A DNA stretch of 64,000 nt from a virus (IMGVR_UViG_3300028591_000138:1-64000); one strand, 5' to 3'; shown: positions 36,560 through 47,816, counted from the stretch's first letter. Notes: generated by a model from the sequence alone, not told the origin. Numbers and translations: made by a program.

Positions 36560-38842
36560 ATGAGCAAAGATTTGAAAAACGAACTCAATGAAATGTATCG
36601 CCTGATAAACTATGGTATGGACGAGAACAAGAAAGCCGTTGATACCAAGGCTGTATTAGAGTACAGTCAAAAAGGCGCTGACGGAAAGACATATGGCATT
36701 TTGAAAGAGGGAACCAAATATTATGTAAAGGTTGCCCCTCAGAAAGATACCAACGTTCTGACCGAAGATTTCGACTATATCGGCGGTTTCAACAACCGTA
36801 AATCCTACGATTCCTATACCAAGGCTTCTAATGCTTTGAACATGCAGCTTATCTCTGTCAACGAGGCTTGCAATTCAAAGAAAAACGTGTCTCAGTTCAA
36901 ACTTAACGAAAGTGCCGAGTGGCAGACACCTATGACCAAGGAAGCTCGCGCTGAACTCAACAGATTCTACCAGCTGTGCGAGAACGTGGACAAACTTCTT
37001 GACAAAAACATACATTATATTAAAGAAAACAAGGATAACCCTTTCACCGACAAGCCTTCCACTAAGGATGGTGGCGGTTACAACACCACTCCAGGTACGG
37101 CGGTTAACCCGAAGATTTCCAACACCGATTTCGTTGAGGGCGGTGAGAAGAACGTTGAGAAAATGCGTTCACAATATCAGGATGGTAAAGGTGAATTCAG
37201 TAACAAGAACTACGGCTTCGGTGACAGCAATGTTGACGAGGACGGTGGTGTTGCTTATCAGGAAAAACCTCACACCCCCGACATGAAGGAAGGTCGTGTT
37301 CGCCGCAGTGTTAAACTGTCAGAGGAACAAGCTAAACAGGTTTTAGCTTGGAGAAACGACCGCGCTTTTGTTCACCAATCAAGTGACTCCGAACTCGACC
37401 GCTCGCACGGTACCGAGATTGGAGATACCGCGCCTTACACGGACAATGTAAACGAGAATTTCGATACCACCGAGTGGGATGATGGTCTTCCCAACAATGC
37501 TGGCGTGGGCGATGCTAAGGATTACAAAGAGCCCTTCAAGAATCAGGAAGGTGTGCACCAGCCAATGACTGAACAGTATATCTTCGAGGTTGAAATGGAT
37601 GATAACAGCCCAATGATGGACGGTGAGTTCAATAACCGCGGTCGTATGAGCGCTGAAATGTTCGGTGATGACCAGGATATAGCCGACTCAGCGAACCGTG
37701 TTATGGACGCTGGTATGAGTGGCAATGATGATGAATTCGATGACGCCATTTATAGTCATCTCGGCAAATATGGCGAGGGTTCTGACGCTCTTGGTGTTAA
37801 CCTTGAAAACGACCCGACTCTGGAAGATATTCCTACTGACGAGGACGGTGCACTGAACGAAGGTACTGTGTTGAACGACTTCGGTAAACACCCCGCATAC
37901 CGTAAACGCCCCATGACTCTGCCTCCTAACGCAGATGGTTCTAAATGGGGTGAGGACTGGAATGATGAGTCGGCTAAGGGTGAAGAACCTTATGGCAAGC
38001 AGATTGGACACAGCGGCGACCCTTTCACTGAAAAGGTGGATGCTATCACTAACGCTGTTGTTACCGCACTGTCTAAAAAAAAAAGACTGAATGAAAATAC
38101 TTTCCTAAGTTTAGGAAATAATACTCCCGCACCACAGCCTATGGATAACATGGGCGGTGGTGCTCCTGTTATGGGTAGTGACCCTAATATGATGGGTGGC
38201 GCTCCTATGGGTAACGACCCCAATATGATGGGTGGTGACCCAAATGCCATGGGTGGGGCTCCTATGGGCGACGACCCTAACATGATGGGCGGCGACCCGA
38301 TGGCTGCTGGCAACGAAGGTTTTGATATGGGAATTGGTATGACTCCCGAGGAAGACCCAAGAAAATGGATTGAGGGCGCTGCCGCTAAACTAGCAAGTGA
38401 ACTTAGAAAATATCAATCTGAACAACCTGCACCAGACATGAGCCTGAATAAAACGGCTGTGAACACTGTTGCGGCGGCAACGAGAGATAATCTGCAGGGT
38501 GGTCAGCGTGATGAACTTATGAAGAGTTATGCAGACACAATGCGAAACGGCGACGAAAACGGTGAAGGCGGTGATAACGCTATGGCTGATAACGGTGGCG
38601 ATGCTGGCGCTGATATGGGCGGCGACCCTAACGCCATGGGTAATGACCCGAATGCCATGGGCGGCGACCCTAACGCCATGGGTGGAGAACCTGCGTTAAC
38701 CGAGGCGCGGGTAAATGCTCTGGTGAATGAGCTGGTGGGTGATTTGATTAAAACCAGAAAAAAGTCAAAACCAGCTGCAGAAGTTAAGCATCAAGATGAC
38801 TCTACTTATGTTATGAAGCCTTATACTCGCAAGAACAAATAG
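36560..38842 (+). CDS. Large acidic prohead core/scaffold-like protein with M/G/D/P/N repeats
   Basis: Many (L/V/I)xE sites; shares QPMTE...IFEVE(M/L)D with scaffold 54446; MGGDPN repeats. Confidence 0.65.
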   Translation: MSKDLKNELNEMYRLINYGMDENKKAVDTKAVLEYSQKGADGKTYGILKEGTKYYVKVAPQKDTNVLTEDFDYIGGFNNRKSYDSYTKASNALNMQLISVNEACNSKKNVSQFKLNESAEWQTPMTKEARAELNRFYQLCENVDKLLDKNIHYIKENKDNPFTDKPSTKDGGGYNTTPGTAVNPKISNTDFVEGGEKNVEKMRSQYQDGKGEFSNKNYGFGDSNVDEDGGVAYQEKPHTPDMKEGRVRRSVKLSEEQAKQVLAWRNDRAFVHQSSDSELDRSHGTEIGDTAPYTDNVNENFDTTEWDDGLPNNAGVGDAKDYKEPFKNQEGVHQPMTEQYIFEVEMDDNSPMMDGEFNNRGRMSAEMFGDDQDIADSANRVMDAGMSGNDDEFDDAIYSHLGKYGEGSDALGVNLENDPTLEDIPTDEDGALNEGTVLNDFGKHPAYRKRPMTLPPNADGSKWGEDWNDESAKGEEPYGKQIGHSGDPFTEKVDAITNAVVTALSKKKRLNENTFLSLGNNTPAPQPMDNMGGGAPVMGSDPNMMGGAPMGNDPNMMGGDPNAMGGAPMGDDPNMMGGDPMAAGNEGFDMGIGMTPEEDPRKWIEGAAAKLASELRKYQSEQPAPDMSLNKTAVNTVAAATRDNLQGGQRDELMKSYADTMRNGDENGEGGDNAMADNGGDAGADMGGDPNAMGNDPNAMGGDPNAMGGEPALTEARVNALVNELVGDLIKTRKKSKPAAEVKHQDDSTYVMKPYTRKNK

Positions 38843-38967
38843 CTGAGAGTTAACATCTAAAAATAAGCGAAGCTTAAACCAAAGGCTTCGCTTATTTGGT
38901 TTTTGAAACTTAACTAGTTAGGTTATTTTTACAATTAATTGATATTTATATAAAAATACATACAACA

Positions 38968-39351
38968 ATGAGACGTGTTAAATTAAGTGAAAGCCAAAGG
39001 GACGAGATAGTAAAACGCATCCAGGAGATGATGAGTGAAAATCTCAACCCCAATAACAATATCACAATCAAAAAGACTGTCGAAACCGAGTCTGATAAAA
39101 ACAATCCAATAAATACCCTGGCAAGCGTTGAACGCACAGCACGCGGGCTTGGTATCAACACCAACAATCCTGATATCAAGACCTCTGTGGTAGCAAAGAT
39201 TGGCGGTCAGGACAAGGAGCTGACAGCATCATCGGATTCGAACAGTATCAGTGAGTCGGTTCTTATCACCAAACAGCAACTTATGGAAATGAAACTTAGA
39301 AACTTGAAAAAAGGTTCCAAAGTTATAAAAGTAAAAAACATCGTGAAATAA
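38968..39351 (+). CDS. LSES-tag protein
   Basis: MRRVKLSESQRDEIVKRIQEMMSE. Confidence 0.7.
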   Translation: MRRVKLSESQRDEIVKRIQEMMSENLNPNNNITIKKTVETESDKNNPINTLASVERTARGLGINTNNPDIKTSVVAKIGGQDKELTASSDSNSISESVLITKQQLMEMKLRNLKKGSKVIKVKNIVK

Positions 39352-40472
39352 TGCAACTTCCCGATTTCATACAAAAAGCGATAGCCAACAACACAACGTC
39401 ACTTGGGAATCATCCAGCCTTCCCACCTGACGAAGAGGAATCTTTCATTTCATCTGTAATTAAACGTAGTTACTCTGAAGTGATGGAGAATCTTGGTGAC
39501 TGTGCCGTTAATGAAGTCGGTGATAAGCTGTCCCAATTGGTGAAACAGTGTATGGAGATGGAGGAACCGTCCAGACAGGCTCTCGAAAAGCTTTGTATGG
39601 ATGTGTGCACGGAGATTTTCGATATTCCTGACGACACTGTGTCTATCAATCTACATTTGGTGAATGCCTGTGATATGTCGGCATATCGTATGGTTCCCTC
39701 CCCAACCAAGGATTTAACTTTCGACGATATTGAAGATATGCGGAATCTTTCGGACTGTATATACCAGCGCCGTATGGTCGATGCCTTGATAAGCGGGGCG
39801 GCGTTGTCTTTTGCCACTAATCTTGAATATTACATCAAACAGGTTTATTCAATCAACCCGAAACTGATACCTTTGTATGAAGAAATCATAAAATACAACA
39901 ACATTCTCCTTTTTAACCAAAGGGATAGTATCAGGGGTATGGAAAAGAACAATAGTGGCAAGGTGGATGTCAATGTACCGCCAAGCGGAAACCGTATCAG
40001 CATTAACGCTGAGGGTATCATATTCCCTGTATTGTTAGAGTACACCATTCGAGGAATCCTTGAAATGGCTAGCCTCAGAGGTCTGCCAGCTGACACCAAG
40101 CGCGCTGAATATATCATGTCAAAGGCTGATTACCGTTTAGCGGAAAACTGGGATATGCGGTTAGGATTGCCTTTGTGGAGATTGTTGGAAGAGAATTTTC
40201 AAGCGGCAGGCTACGATATACAGAATGTCGGAGTCAATTTCATCATAATGGAAATCGCTTCATTGAAGCCTGACATATTTAACGTTTATCTCCAAAACTG
40301 TTTCAAAAAAACTAAAAAAGGGGTTGAGATGTCGAATGAACTTTGCAGTGTCATCGAGTACAACAAAGAACAGGACTCGTTCGACAATTTCATCAAGACA
40401 CAGAACTCCAAAGCCCCAATCAACGACAACGCGGTATATACATCCGAAGAGTTGTTGTCTGAGGTTGAATAA
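39351..40472 (+). CDS. Hypothetical protein upstream of terminase
   Basis: Long ORF coupled to the previous gene. Confidence 0.75.
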   Translation: MQLPDFIQKAIANNTTSLGNHPAFPPDEEESFISSVIKRSYSEVMENLGDCAVNEVGDKLSQLVKQCMEMEEPSRQALEKLCMDVCTEIFDIPDDTVSINLHLVNACDMSAYRMVPSPTKDLTFDDIEDMRNLSDCIYQRRMVDALISGAALSFATNLEYYIKQVYSINPKLIPLYEEIIKYNNILLFNQRDSIRGMEKNNSGKVDVNVPPSGNRISINAEGIIFPVLLEYTIRGILEMASLRGLPADTKRAEYIMSKADYRLAENWDMRLGLPLWRLLEENFQAAGYDIQNVGVNFIIMEIASLKPDIFNVYLQNCFKKTKKGVEMSNELCSVIEYNKEQDSFDNFIKTQNSKAPINDNAVYTSEELLSEVE

Positions 40473-40489
40473 TCCATCAATTCTATTTT

Positions 40490-42373
40490 ATGGCAATAAA
40501 TTTAGCTGAAGAATACAAGAAATGCTATCTAGACAAGACGAGAAAATACTTTATAGAAAACTACCTTTCAACATTTAACGCCGATATTGGAAGGGAGGTA
40601 CCGTTTAAGGTATTCCCACGCCAATATGAATTCCTTAAGAGTTTATGTATCAACGATAACACCATTGCAATCAAACACCGTCAGGCTGGTATAACAACCA
40701 TTTCGGCGGCTTGGGCAACTGGGCAGTGTGTATTCGCTAAAAAAGACGCACCCGAAACGATTCTGTGTATCGGCAACAAACTCGATATATCCGAACAGTT
40801 GCTTGAAAAGCTGGGGTATTTCATAGCCCAGGTTCCAAGATGGATGTGGGGCAGCGAGTTCTGGTCACCAGACCCGAACAGCGAGAAAAACACCAAAAGT
40901 ATTTTCAAGTCACGTAACAAGGATAAAATCGAACTGTTTAACGGGTGTAAGATATATGCCCGTTCATCGGGACCGAATGCCGCTCGTGGTATCTCGGCTG
41001 TATCTATACTTATTTTCGACGAGGCTGCATTCATTGAGAACGGTCCCGCCGTTTATTCACAGGCTGTAGCTGCTACGGCATCGGTAAAGAACGCCAAAAT
41101 TATAATGGTTTCAACACCGAACGGTAAAGACCAACTGTACTATACAACTTACGCCCAGGCTCTCAGCGGTGATAACAACTATCATCCAGTGGAGTTCAAA
41201 TGGTTCCAGGATTTACGTTACCAACGCAACCTTAAATGGAGTAGGAAGAATGAACAGACGGGTGAGATTGAGTGGGATATTGACCCAGTTATAAACGCGG
41301 AGGGAGATATTATCTATAACGAGGAACGCTGGCGCCGTCTTGAAAGGGAAGGGTGGAAGCCTGAAAGCCCGTGGTATATCAAGATGTGCAAGTCGTTCAA
41401 TAATGACGAGCAGAAAATTGCACAGGAGTTGGATGTGTCGTTTCTCGGGTCGGCGGATAACGTTATACCAGTGGATGTCATTGAGGCTCATTTGAAACAG
41501 AACGTTATAGATGTAACAGCTGACGATAAATGGGATTTGTGGGACCCGCTCGTCAAGGAGACTTGGATATGGCAAGACCCGATTCCTGGTCACAGGTATG
41601 TGTGCGCCGTGGACGCTTCATCTGGTGCCGCTGATGATAGAACTGCGATTGAAATTATCGACGTTGACGCTATTGACGAGTATGGTAAACCTTATTTCAA
41701 TCAGGTTTTGGAATATTACGGCAAGCGTACTGGTGACGATATTGGCGAGATTGTTTACCACTACGCCACGGCATATAACAATGCCCTTGTGGTTGTAGAG
41801 TGTATCGGCGGCTATGGCGACGCTGTAATCCTGACGTTGATGGCTAAGAAATATAAGAATATCTACTACGACGAACCAGGTCTTAAAACTTACACTGTAC
41901 AGAAAGCATATTCCAAGTTCAACCTTAAGGACGGCGACCAGCTTCCTGGTTTCAGAACCAACGCTGTTCGTGTTCAGATGATTGGTAATTTTGTAACCAT
42001 GTTGAAAGAAAACGGTTTCCGTGTGAGAAGTAAACGTGTTATCAAGGAAATGGATACATGGATTTGGAAGAACGGTCGCCCAGACCATATGGACGGCTGT
42101 CACGATGACTCACTAACATGTCTGGCTATGGCGTTGTTTATTATTCAGTTCTATGTTATTAAGAATGACAAGGATAAGTCAATGGCTAAAACAATGCTTG
42201 TTTCGTTTAGGGTTAATAATATGGGCAGAAACAACACCCAACAGAACTATGAATACAACAAACCCGTATCATCTGGAAGACCAATGCCTTTCTACACTAA
42301 CAACAGTCAGGAAAGACAAAGACAGAAAGAAATGAAAGCCCTTCTGATGCTGGCGGGCTTCGGAAAAAAATAG
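40490..42373 (+). CDS. terL: Terminase large subunit (T4 gp17-like)
   Basis: KHRQAGITT Walker A, LIFDEAAF Walker B, VSTPNG, QELDVSFLGS, nuclease AVDASSG and HDDSL. Confidence 0.95.
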   Translation: MAINLAEEYKKCYLDKTRKYFIENYLSTFNADIGREVPFKVFPRQYEFLKSLCINDNTIAIKHRQAGITTISAAWATGQCVFAKKDAPETILCIGNKLDISEQLLEKLGYFIAQVPRWMWGSEFWSPDPNSEKNTKSIFKSRNKDKIELFNGCKIYARSSGPNAARGISAVSILIFDEAAFIENGPAVYSQAVAATASVKNAKIIMVSTPNGKDQLYYTTYAQALSGDNNYHPVEFKWFQDLRYQRNLKWSRKNEQTGEIEWDIDPVINAEGDIIYNEERWRRLEREGWKPESPWYIKMCKSFNNDEQKIAQELDVSFLGSADNVIPVDVIEAHLKQNVIDVTADDKWDLWDPLVKETWIWQDPIPGHRYVCAVDASSGAADDRTAIEIIDVDAIDEYGKPYFNQVLEYYGKRTGDDIGEIVYHYATAYNNALVVVECIGGYGDAVILTLMAKKYKNIYYDEPGLKTYTVQKAYSKFNLKDGDQLPGFRTNAVRVQMIGNFVTMLKENGFRVRSKRVIKEMDTWIWKNGRPDHMDGCHDDSLTCLAMALFIIQFYVIKNDKDKSMAKTMLVSFRVNNMGRNNTQQNYEYNKPVSSGRPMPFYTNNSQERQRQKEMKALLMLAGFGKK

Positions 42374-42416
42374 GCGACTATTTATATAAAATAACAAACA
42401 AATCCTCTTTTGAAAA

Positions 42417-42878
42417 ATGAAGAAAACTATAAGACTCACGGAAAGTGAGCTGAAACAGTTGATTGTGAATGTTATCAACGAAACATATCAAACACCTAAA
42501 AGACGTGTCAATGAAGGTCTGACCTATCATAAACTCGGTCAACTCTTGACTACTGGCAGTGACGAACATGACCTTGATGAAGGCGTTGAGGCTGTAGCTG
42601 GAGACGTGGCTAACAAGGTGGCGAGCGACGCCACTGGAAATGCATCTGGTAATTTCCTTGGTAGTGTGAGCGGTGACGTTATGCAGGGTGTCCAGTCTGG
42701 CGACATAAACATGGAAACAGCAAAGAAATTCATGAAATATATGAAGAACTACAATTTTATGAATCCCCTCGCCAATATCAAAAACTATGTGGAGTTTTTC
42801 AAGAGCTTGAACCCAACCGAGAGAAAATGTCTTATTGAGATTGCTCTTAAGTACGGTTTGAAGCTCCCTATCAAATAG
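42417..42878 (+). CDS. LTES-tag protein
   Basis: MKKTIRLTESELKQLIVNVINE. Confidence 0.75.
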   Translation: MKKTIRLTESELKQLIVNVINETYQTPKRRVNEGLTYHKLGQLLTTGSDEHDLDEGVEAVAGDVANKVASDATGNASGNFLGSVSGDVMQGVQSGDINMETAKKFMKYMKNYNFMNPLANIKNYVEFFKSLNPTERKCLIEIALKYGLKLPIK

Positions 42879-42991
42879 TAACGGAGTTAATTGATTATAT
42901 TTGAATTGAAAGCAAAGACGTTGATTCTTTGCTTTTTTTGTTTTTTAATCCGTTGTTAATTATATTTATATTAAATATATATTGCAATACC

Positions 42992-45043
42992 ATGCCAACA
43001 ATTTTTCAAAGATTAAACAAGACTTTCAGCGGCGGTGTCAGCGGGGCTACATCGGCAAGTTACACTCGCAATGTACACAATTACGCTGGATTAGGTCCTA
43101 ACGACGTTATATACACCACTAGCAGTAAGGAAGAATACGAACAGAAGCTAACACAGCTGAAGCAACAGCGCATGCTGGCTAAACAATGGAAGCGTGCGAA
43201 TTACGAAGTTCAGAATAACGCTCTCGCCAACATGACCGAGGTACAGATGATGTACCGAGAGGCTGACATGATGGACTTGTTTCCCGAAATCGGCGCAGCA
43301 CTAGACACCTATATGGAAGAAGCAACTTACTGTAAAACAGATAGTAAGATGATACAAGTCACTTCAAAATCAGAACGTATTAAGTCGATTTTGGAGGATT
43401 TGATTTATAACAGACTCTCGTGCAACGTAGTATTTCCTATGGTAACGAGAAGTACTGTAAAATACGGCAACACCTATATGCTCCTTAACATCACAGGTGA
43501 CAACGGTATCACTGGCTGGAAACAACTGCCAGTGTATGAGATGCAGAGGTTTGAGAATGGCATGGAGAATCCTTATAGCGCTGGATTTGCCAATGTAAGC
43601 AATATCGATGTTGATAAGGAGGATTCAACTAAGTTTGTATGGGTTGGAAAGAACGAATATATCCCCTATAGAAACTGGCAGATTGCCCACTTCCGCCTGC
43701 TGTATGATTCATTATATTTGCCATATGGTGTGTCAGCCCTTAACAAAGCGCGCCGTCACTGGAGAATGCTTTCCATGATGGAAGACATGATGTTGATGTA
43801 TCGACTGGAACGTTCGGTTGAGAGACGTGTATTCAAGGTTAATGTTGGTAATATCGATGAACAGGATGTACCTGCTTACATGGATGAGATAGCCAATAAT
43901 TTCAAGAGAACCCCAGTGGTTGACCCGCTGACTGGTCAGTTGGATTTGAGGCGCGGCATCATGTCGCAGATGGACGATTTCTTCATCCCTGTCCGCGACC
44001 CAAGTGACCCTAACCCTATCGAGACTCTGCAGGCTGGTGACAATATCAAGGCTTTGGACGATATTAAATTTGTCCAGAATAAACTTTGCACCGCGCTTCG
44101 TGTTCCGAAGTCGTTCCTTAACTTCGAGGAAGCCGCTGGTGACGGCAAGAATCTTTCAATGCTCGATGTGCGTTTTGCTAGAACTGTGAACAGGGTTCAA
44201 CAGATGATGTTGATGGAGTTGAATAAAGTGTGTATCATTCACCTTTATTTACTTGGGTTCAGCGATGAACTCACTAATTTCCAACTGTCAATGAACAATG
44301 CTTCATCCCAAGCTGAAATGCTTGAGCTTGACAACTTGTCCAAAAAGATTGAGATGGCGAAGAGTGCTGTTGCCGACCCAGGCGGCGGACTGCCAATCAT
44401 GTCTGTCACTAGAGCATGTAAACAAATTCTGGGGTGGAGCAACAAGGAAATCAGCGACAATCTGGAGGAACTCAGACTTGAAAAAGCTCTGGCAACGGAA
44501 CTTGAACAGACGGCTGCCATTATTAAGAAAACAGGTTTGTTTGATAAAGTAGACAACCTCTACGGCGAGCCTGGTGCTGACTACGGTAACAATGCTGGTG
44601 GGCAGGGTCAAGAGGGTGGCGATGCTGGTGGAGCACCTGGTGGTGGAGCACCTCCCATGGGTGACGATATGGAGGGCGGTGATATGAGTGGTGCCGATGG
44701 AAGCATGGATATGGGCGATGTGGCTGCTATGGAAGGCGGTGACGCTGGCGGTGACGCTGGCGGTGACGCGGCGCCTTTAGCCGAGGCTTTGTTCAGAAAC
44801 CGCTTATTTAAGAAAACGTTGACTGAACAACGTAAATACGCACAGGCACTTGCTGAGCATAACAAACGTGAAACTTTGGAGACTGAACATACAGTACCTA
44901 TCTATGAGAAGAATTTTCTGGTCAACGAGGAACTGAACTCCATCTCGAACCAACTCCAGAGTATTATCGACAGTGGCGCTGAGGAAATTGGAAAACCTCG
45001 GAAGATTGCCTTGACTGAAATGACCGAGCCAAAAAACGAGTAA
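42992..45043 (+). CDS. Portal protein (T4 gp20-like) with low-complexity C-terminal extension
   Basis: PYG.S.L..ARR.W..L.MMED...YRL.R..ERRVFKVNVGN, DFFIPVR, IETL, ALRVPKSFL, DVRFARTVNRVQ. Confidence 0.92.
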   Translation: MPTIFQRLNKTFSGGVSGATSASYTRNVHNYAGLGPNDVIYTTSSKEEYEQKLTQLKQQRMLAKQWKRANYEVQNNALANMTEVQMMYREADMMDLFPEIGAALDTYMEEATYCKTDSKMIQVTSKSERIKSILEDLIYNRLSCNVVFPMVTRSTVKYGNTYMLLNITGDNGITGWKQLPVYEMQRFENGMENPYSAGFANVSNIDVDKEDSTKFVWVGKNEYIPYRNWQIAHFRLLYDSLYLPYGVSALNKARRHWRMLSMMEDMMLMYRLERSVERRVFKVNVGNIDEQDVPAYMDEIANNFKRTPVVDPLTGQLDLRRGIMSQMDDFFIPVRDPSDPNPIETLQAGDNIKALDDIKFVQNKLCTALRVPKSFLNFEEAAGDGKNLSMLDVRFARTVNRVQQMMLMELNKVCIIHLYLLGFSDELTNFQLSMNNASSQAEMLELDNLSKKIEMAKSAVADPGGGLPIMSVTRACKQILGWSNKEISDNLEELRLEKALATELEQTAAIIKKTGLFDKVDNLYGEPGADYGNNAGGQGQEGGDAGGAPGGGAPPMGDDMEGGDMSGADGSMDMGDVAAMEGGDAGGDAGGDAAPLAEALFRNRLFKKTLTEQRKYAQALAEHNKRETLETEHTVPIYEKNFLVNEELNSISNQLQSIIDSGAEEIGKPRKIALTEMTEPKNE

Positions 45044-45074
45044 CAACTATTTATAATTAAAATACATATATGTC

Positions 45075-46010
45075 ATGAACAATAAGATAAACCAAAACAT
45101 AGACAAGGGTGTCGAGCTGCTGAACGAAGCTCTGAACCAATACGAGGCAGGAAATAACACCACAGCGTACAAAATATACCAAGAAGCTGGCAAATACCTG
45201 ACAGAAGCCGACACAAAACTCAACAGCGAGGATGGTAAAGTTTCCATGCTCTACGGGGATAACCGTAACTTCGGTGTTGCTTATAAAGTTTTCGAGTCAA
45301 ACACCAAGAGCCTGTTGAAAAACAAGGAAGGTCAGGCGAGGTTAAAGACAATCATGAAACTCATTAAAGAGAATGCTGTTTTGAAAAGTGAGTTCGATAT
45401 TTACAACGTCTTCACCAACCCAGTGAACGTGGCAAACGTCCAGGAATATGTAAACGAAGCCGTGGCTCTCATCAAGCAAATTCCCGCTAAGGAACTGCGC
45501 GAAAATAATGAAAAACTGGTAAATCTTTTCAAAGAGTGCGAACTTAATGAGAATATTACCATGACCGAGGATGAGACCGTACTCTATGAGGCGATTGAGT
45601 ATATGATTCTTAATAAAAAGAATTTTCAGAACATTAACAAATACAACAAGATACAAAAACAACTTTGTGAATATGTATCTGAAAACAATAGTCTTGTCAC
45701 AGAAGGGGTTAACCTTGACACCATATACAAGGAAAAGGTCGATGAGATGGTTGATAAACATAGCAAGGAACTGAACGAAGATGAAGTGAAACTCATACGC
45801 GATATGAGCGACCCCCAGAAAGCTAAGAAACTTTTCCACGAATATAAAACCAGTGTCACAGCTCTAGTGAAGGAACAAATTGAAAAGGGTGCCGACACCG
45901 AGGCTTGGAACTCCATACTGGAAAAAATAAACAACAAAGTGTACGAGGAAAAGACAGCCCTTACCGATATAGCCGAACTTATCGAGATTAAAAACGAGAT
46001 AGAAGATTAA
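45075..46010 (+). CDS. Hypothetical helical protein (probable head assembly)
   Basis: Follows the portal, has its own TATTTATA. Confidence 0.7.
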   Translation: MNNKINQNIDKGVELLNEALNQYEAGNNTTAYKIYQEAGKYLTEADTKLNSEDGKVSMLYGDNRNFGVAYKVFESNTKSLLKNKEGQARLKTIMKLIKENAVLKSEFDIYNVFTNPVNVANVQEYVNEAVALIKQIPAKELRENNEKLVNLFKECELNENITMTEDETVLYEAIEYMILNKKNFQNINKYNKIQKQLCEYVSENNSLVTEGVNLDTIYKEKVDEMVDKHSKELNEDEVKLIRDMSDPQKAKKLFHEYKTSVTALVKEQIEKGADTEAWNSILEKINNKVYEEKTALTDIAELIEIKNEIED

Positions 46011-46110
46011 TGCTATTAGAATTCCAAGCGGAAAACATTGGAAACTAGTCAGGTTTCCAGTGTTTTTCTTTTTTCAATATATTTATTATTGTAAAAACAT
46101 TTTTTGGTGT

Positions 46111-47133
46111 ATGAAAAAACAAGTAACATTAACTGAATCGGAATTACAATCGATTATATTGGAGGCTATACAGGAGAACTGGTGGCAGCGTAATATGCGT
46201 GGCACGGTGGGTAGAACCAACGCACAAATACAGGATGCTTTGAAACGTCTGCAGCAATCTGACCAACTCATCATGCAGTTCAGACAGGAAATGCAGCAAG
46301 CCCAGTCTCAGCCAAACGCAATAGAACAACATAACCAAGGTGTCGCTCAGAGACAACAGCAGATGTTCGGACAGCAACAGGGGCAACAGCAAGGTCAACA
46401 GGGACAACCTCAGACTCAACAGCCACAGCAGATATACCAGCAACCTCAACCACAACAGCAAACTTACAAACAGGGTATGAATGAGGATGCTAACACCACT
46501 GCCAGGACATTGGGCGGCGCAGCGATTGGCACCGCGATATTACCTGGCGTGGGTACGGCTATTGGTGCTGGCATTGGCGCTGGTAGCGCTCTAATAAAGA
46601 ATTGTCTTATGATGAAGGGTCCTTTTGCTACCTTGTCGAAAGCTTTTCAATTAAGAGCCCAGGCTTATAATTTCTTGGCACGCGCGGCTTCCAACGGTCA
46701 GGATGTTTCAGCTGTCAAAGATACGCTTCTAAACTTTGATGCACAGAAAGCTGTGGGACAGCGGCAAAACCAAAATGGGCAGCAGCAAGGACAACAACAG
46801 GGTCAACAGCAAGGTCAGCAAGGGAACAACAGTCAAGCGACGGCAACCAACTGGAAGCAGGCTGAGGCTGAGATAAACCAGGTTGTTAAGGGCAACTTTG
46901 CCAACTGGCCTCAGAAATGTAAACAGGCTGGCTGGTCAGACCAAAAAATAGCAGCTTACAGACAAATGGCAAATAACCCCCAGCAAAATGCCGCTGGCGT
47001 GAACTCGATGAAAAACTATCGTCAACAGCAGGGTCAAAAACAACAAACCCAAGCTCAGCCGCAGCAGGGACAGCCACAACAGCAACAGGTACAGGAATCC
47101 TTCAGTCGCATCCTTAAGAAGCTGACAAACTAA
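46111..47133 (+). CDS. LTES-tag, Q-rich protein with a glycine-zipper hydrophobic segment
   Basis: MKKQVTLTESELQSIILEAIQE; LGGAAIGTAILPGVGTAIGAGIGAG; C-terminal VQESFSRILKKLTN. Confidence 0.75.
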   Translation: MKKQVTLTESELQSIILEAIQENWWQRNMRGTVGRTNAQIQDALKRLQQSDQLIMQFRQEMQQAQSQPNAIEQHNQGVAQRQQQMFGQQQGQQQGQQGQPQTQQPQQIYQQPQPQQQTYKQGMNEDANTTARTLGGAAIGTAILPGVGTAIGAGIGAGSALIKNCLMMKGPFATLSKAFQLRAQAYNFLARAASNGQDVSAVKDTLLNFDAQKAVGQRQNQNGQQQGQQQGQQQGQQGNNSQATATNWKQAEAEINQVVKGNFANWPQKCKQAGWSDQKIAAYRQMANNPQQNAAGVNSMKNYRQQQGQKQQTQAQPQQGQPQQQQVQESFSRILKKLTN

Positions 47134-47272
47134 ATAAACTGACTTTACGCAATCCAAGCGAATCTGAAAAAATTTTTTCAGGTTCGCTTATTTTTTGAAT
47201 ATAACATAACAAAATTTTCGTATATTAATAGTGTGCGCGTGCACGTGAATAATATATTATACACCATGATTT

Positions 47273-47710
47273 GTGAACAGCAAGGTATTAACCAACGAAT
47301 ACAGTACCACTTTGGGTGACGGTACTGTAATGTACTACGGCACCCCCAATGAGACAAAGAGCGATGTAATAACCATCACAGTTAAAGGTAAATTCCAACC
47401 AACACAGGAAAAGACGGATTATCAAAAGGATATAGGCGGAGTGAAGTCTGCATTTATGAAATATGGGACGGATGTGCTCGACAAGGTCGACTGGGTGAGC
47501 GACTATTATATATTGACCAGTGATTTTACCGAACGTGGAATATCTTCCACCAAGGCATGTAAGATGAAATACCAGATGTATATTTCACCTAAACAGACTG
47601 GACGTTTCAGTGGCTTTAAGAGTAAGGTTATCCGTCTCGGCAAGGCTATGAACCATTTACTGAAAAGATGTCTGTCCGATAAAGGATTCAAAATGGTGAA
47701 CAAAGCTTAA
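47273..47710 (+). CDS. Hypothetical protein
   Basis: ORF between terminators, preceded by CGTATATTA. Confidence 0.6.
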   Translation: MNSKVLTNEYSTTLGDGTVMYYGTPNETKSDVITITVKGKFQPTQEKTDYQKDIGGVKSAFMKYGTDVLDKVDWVSDYYILTSDFTERGISSTKACKMKYQMYISPKQTGRFSGFKSKVIRLGKAMNHLLKRCLSDKGFKMVNKA

Positions 47711-47816
47711 ACCGTAAAACTCGAGTAACAATTCACGCGAACTTTCTAAGGAATGTTCGCTTTTTCGCTGTTGCTACTATTTATATATAAATTATATAGA
47801 TAGAAATTTGAATACC

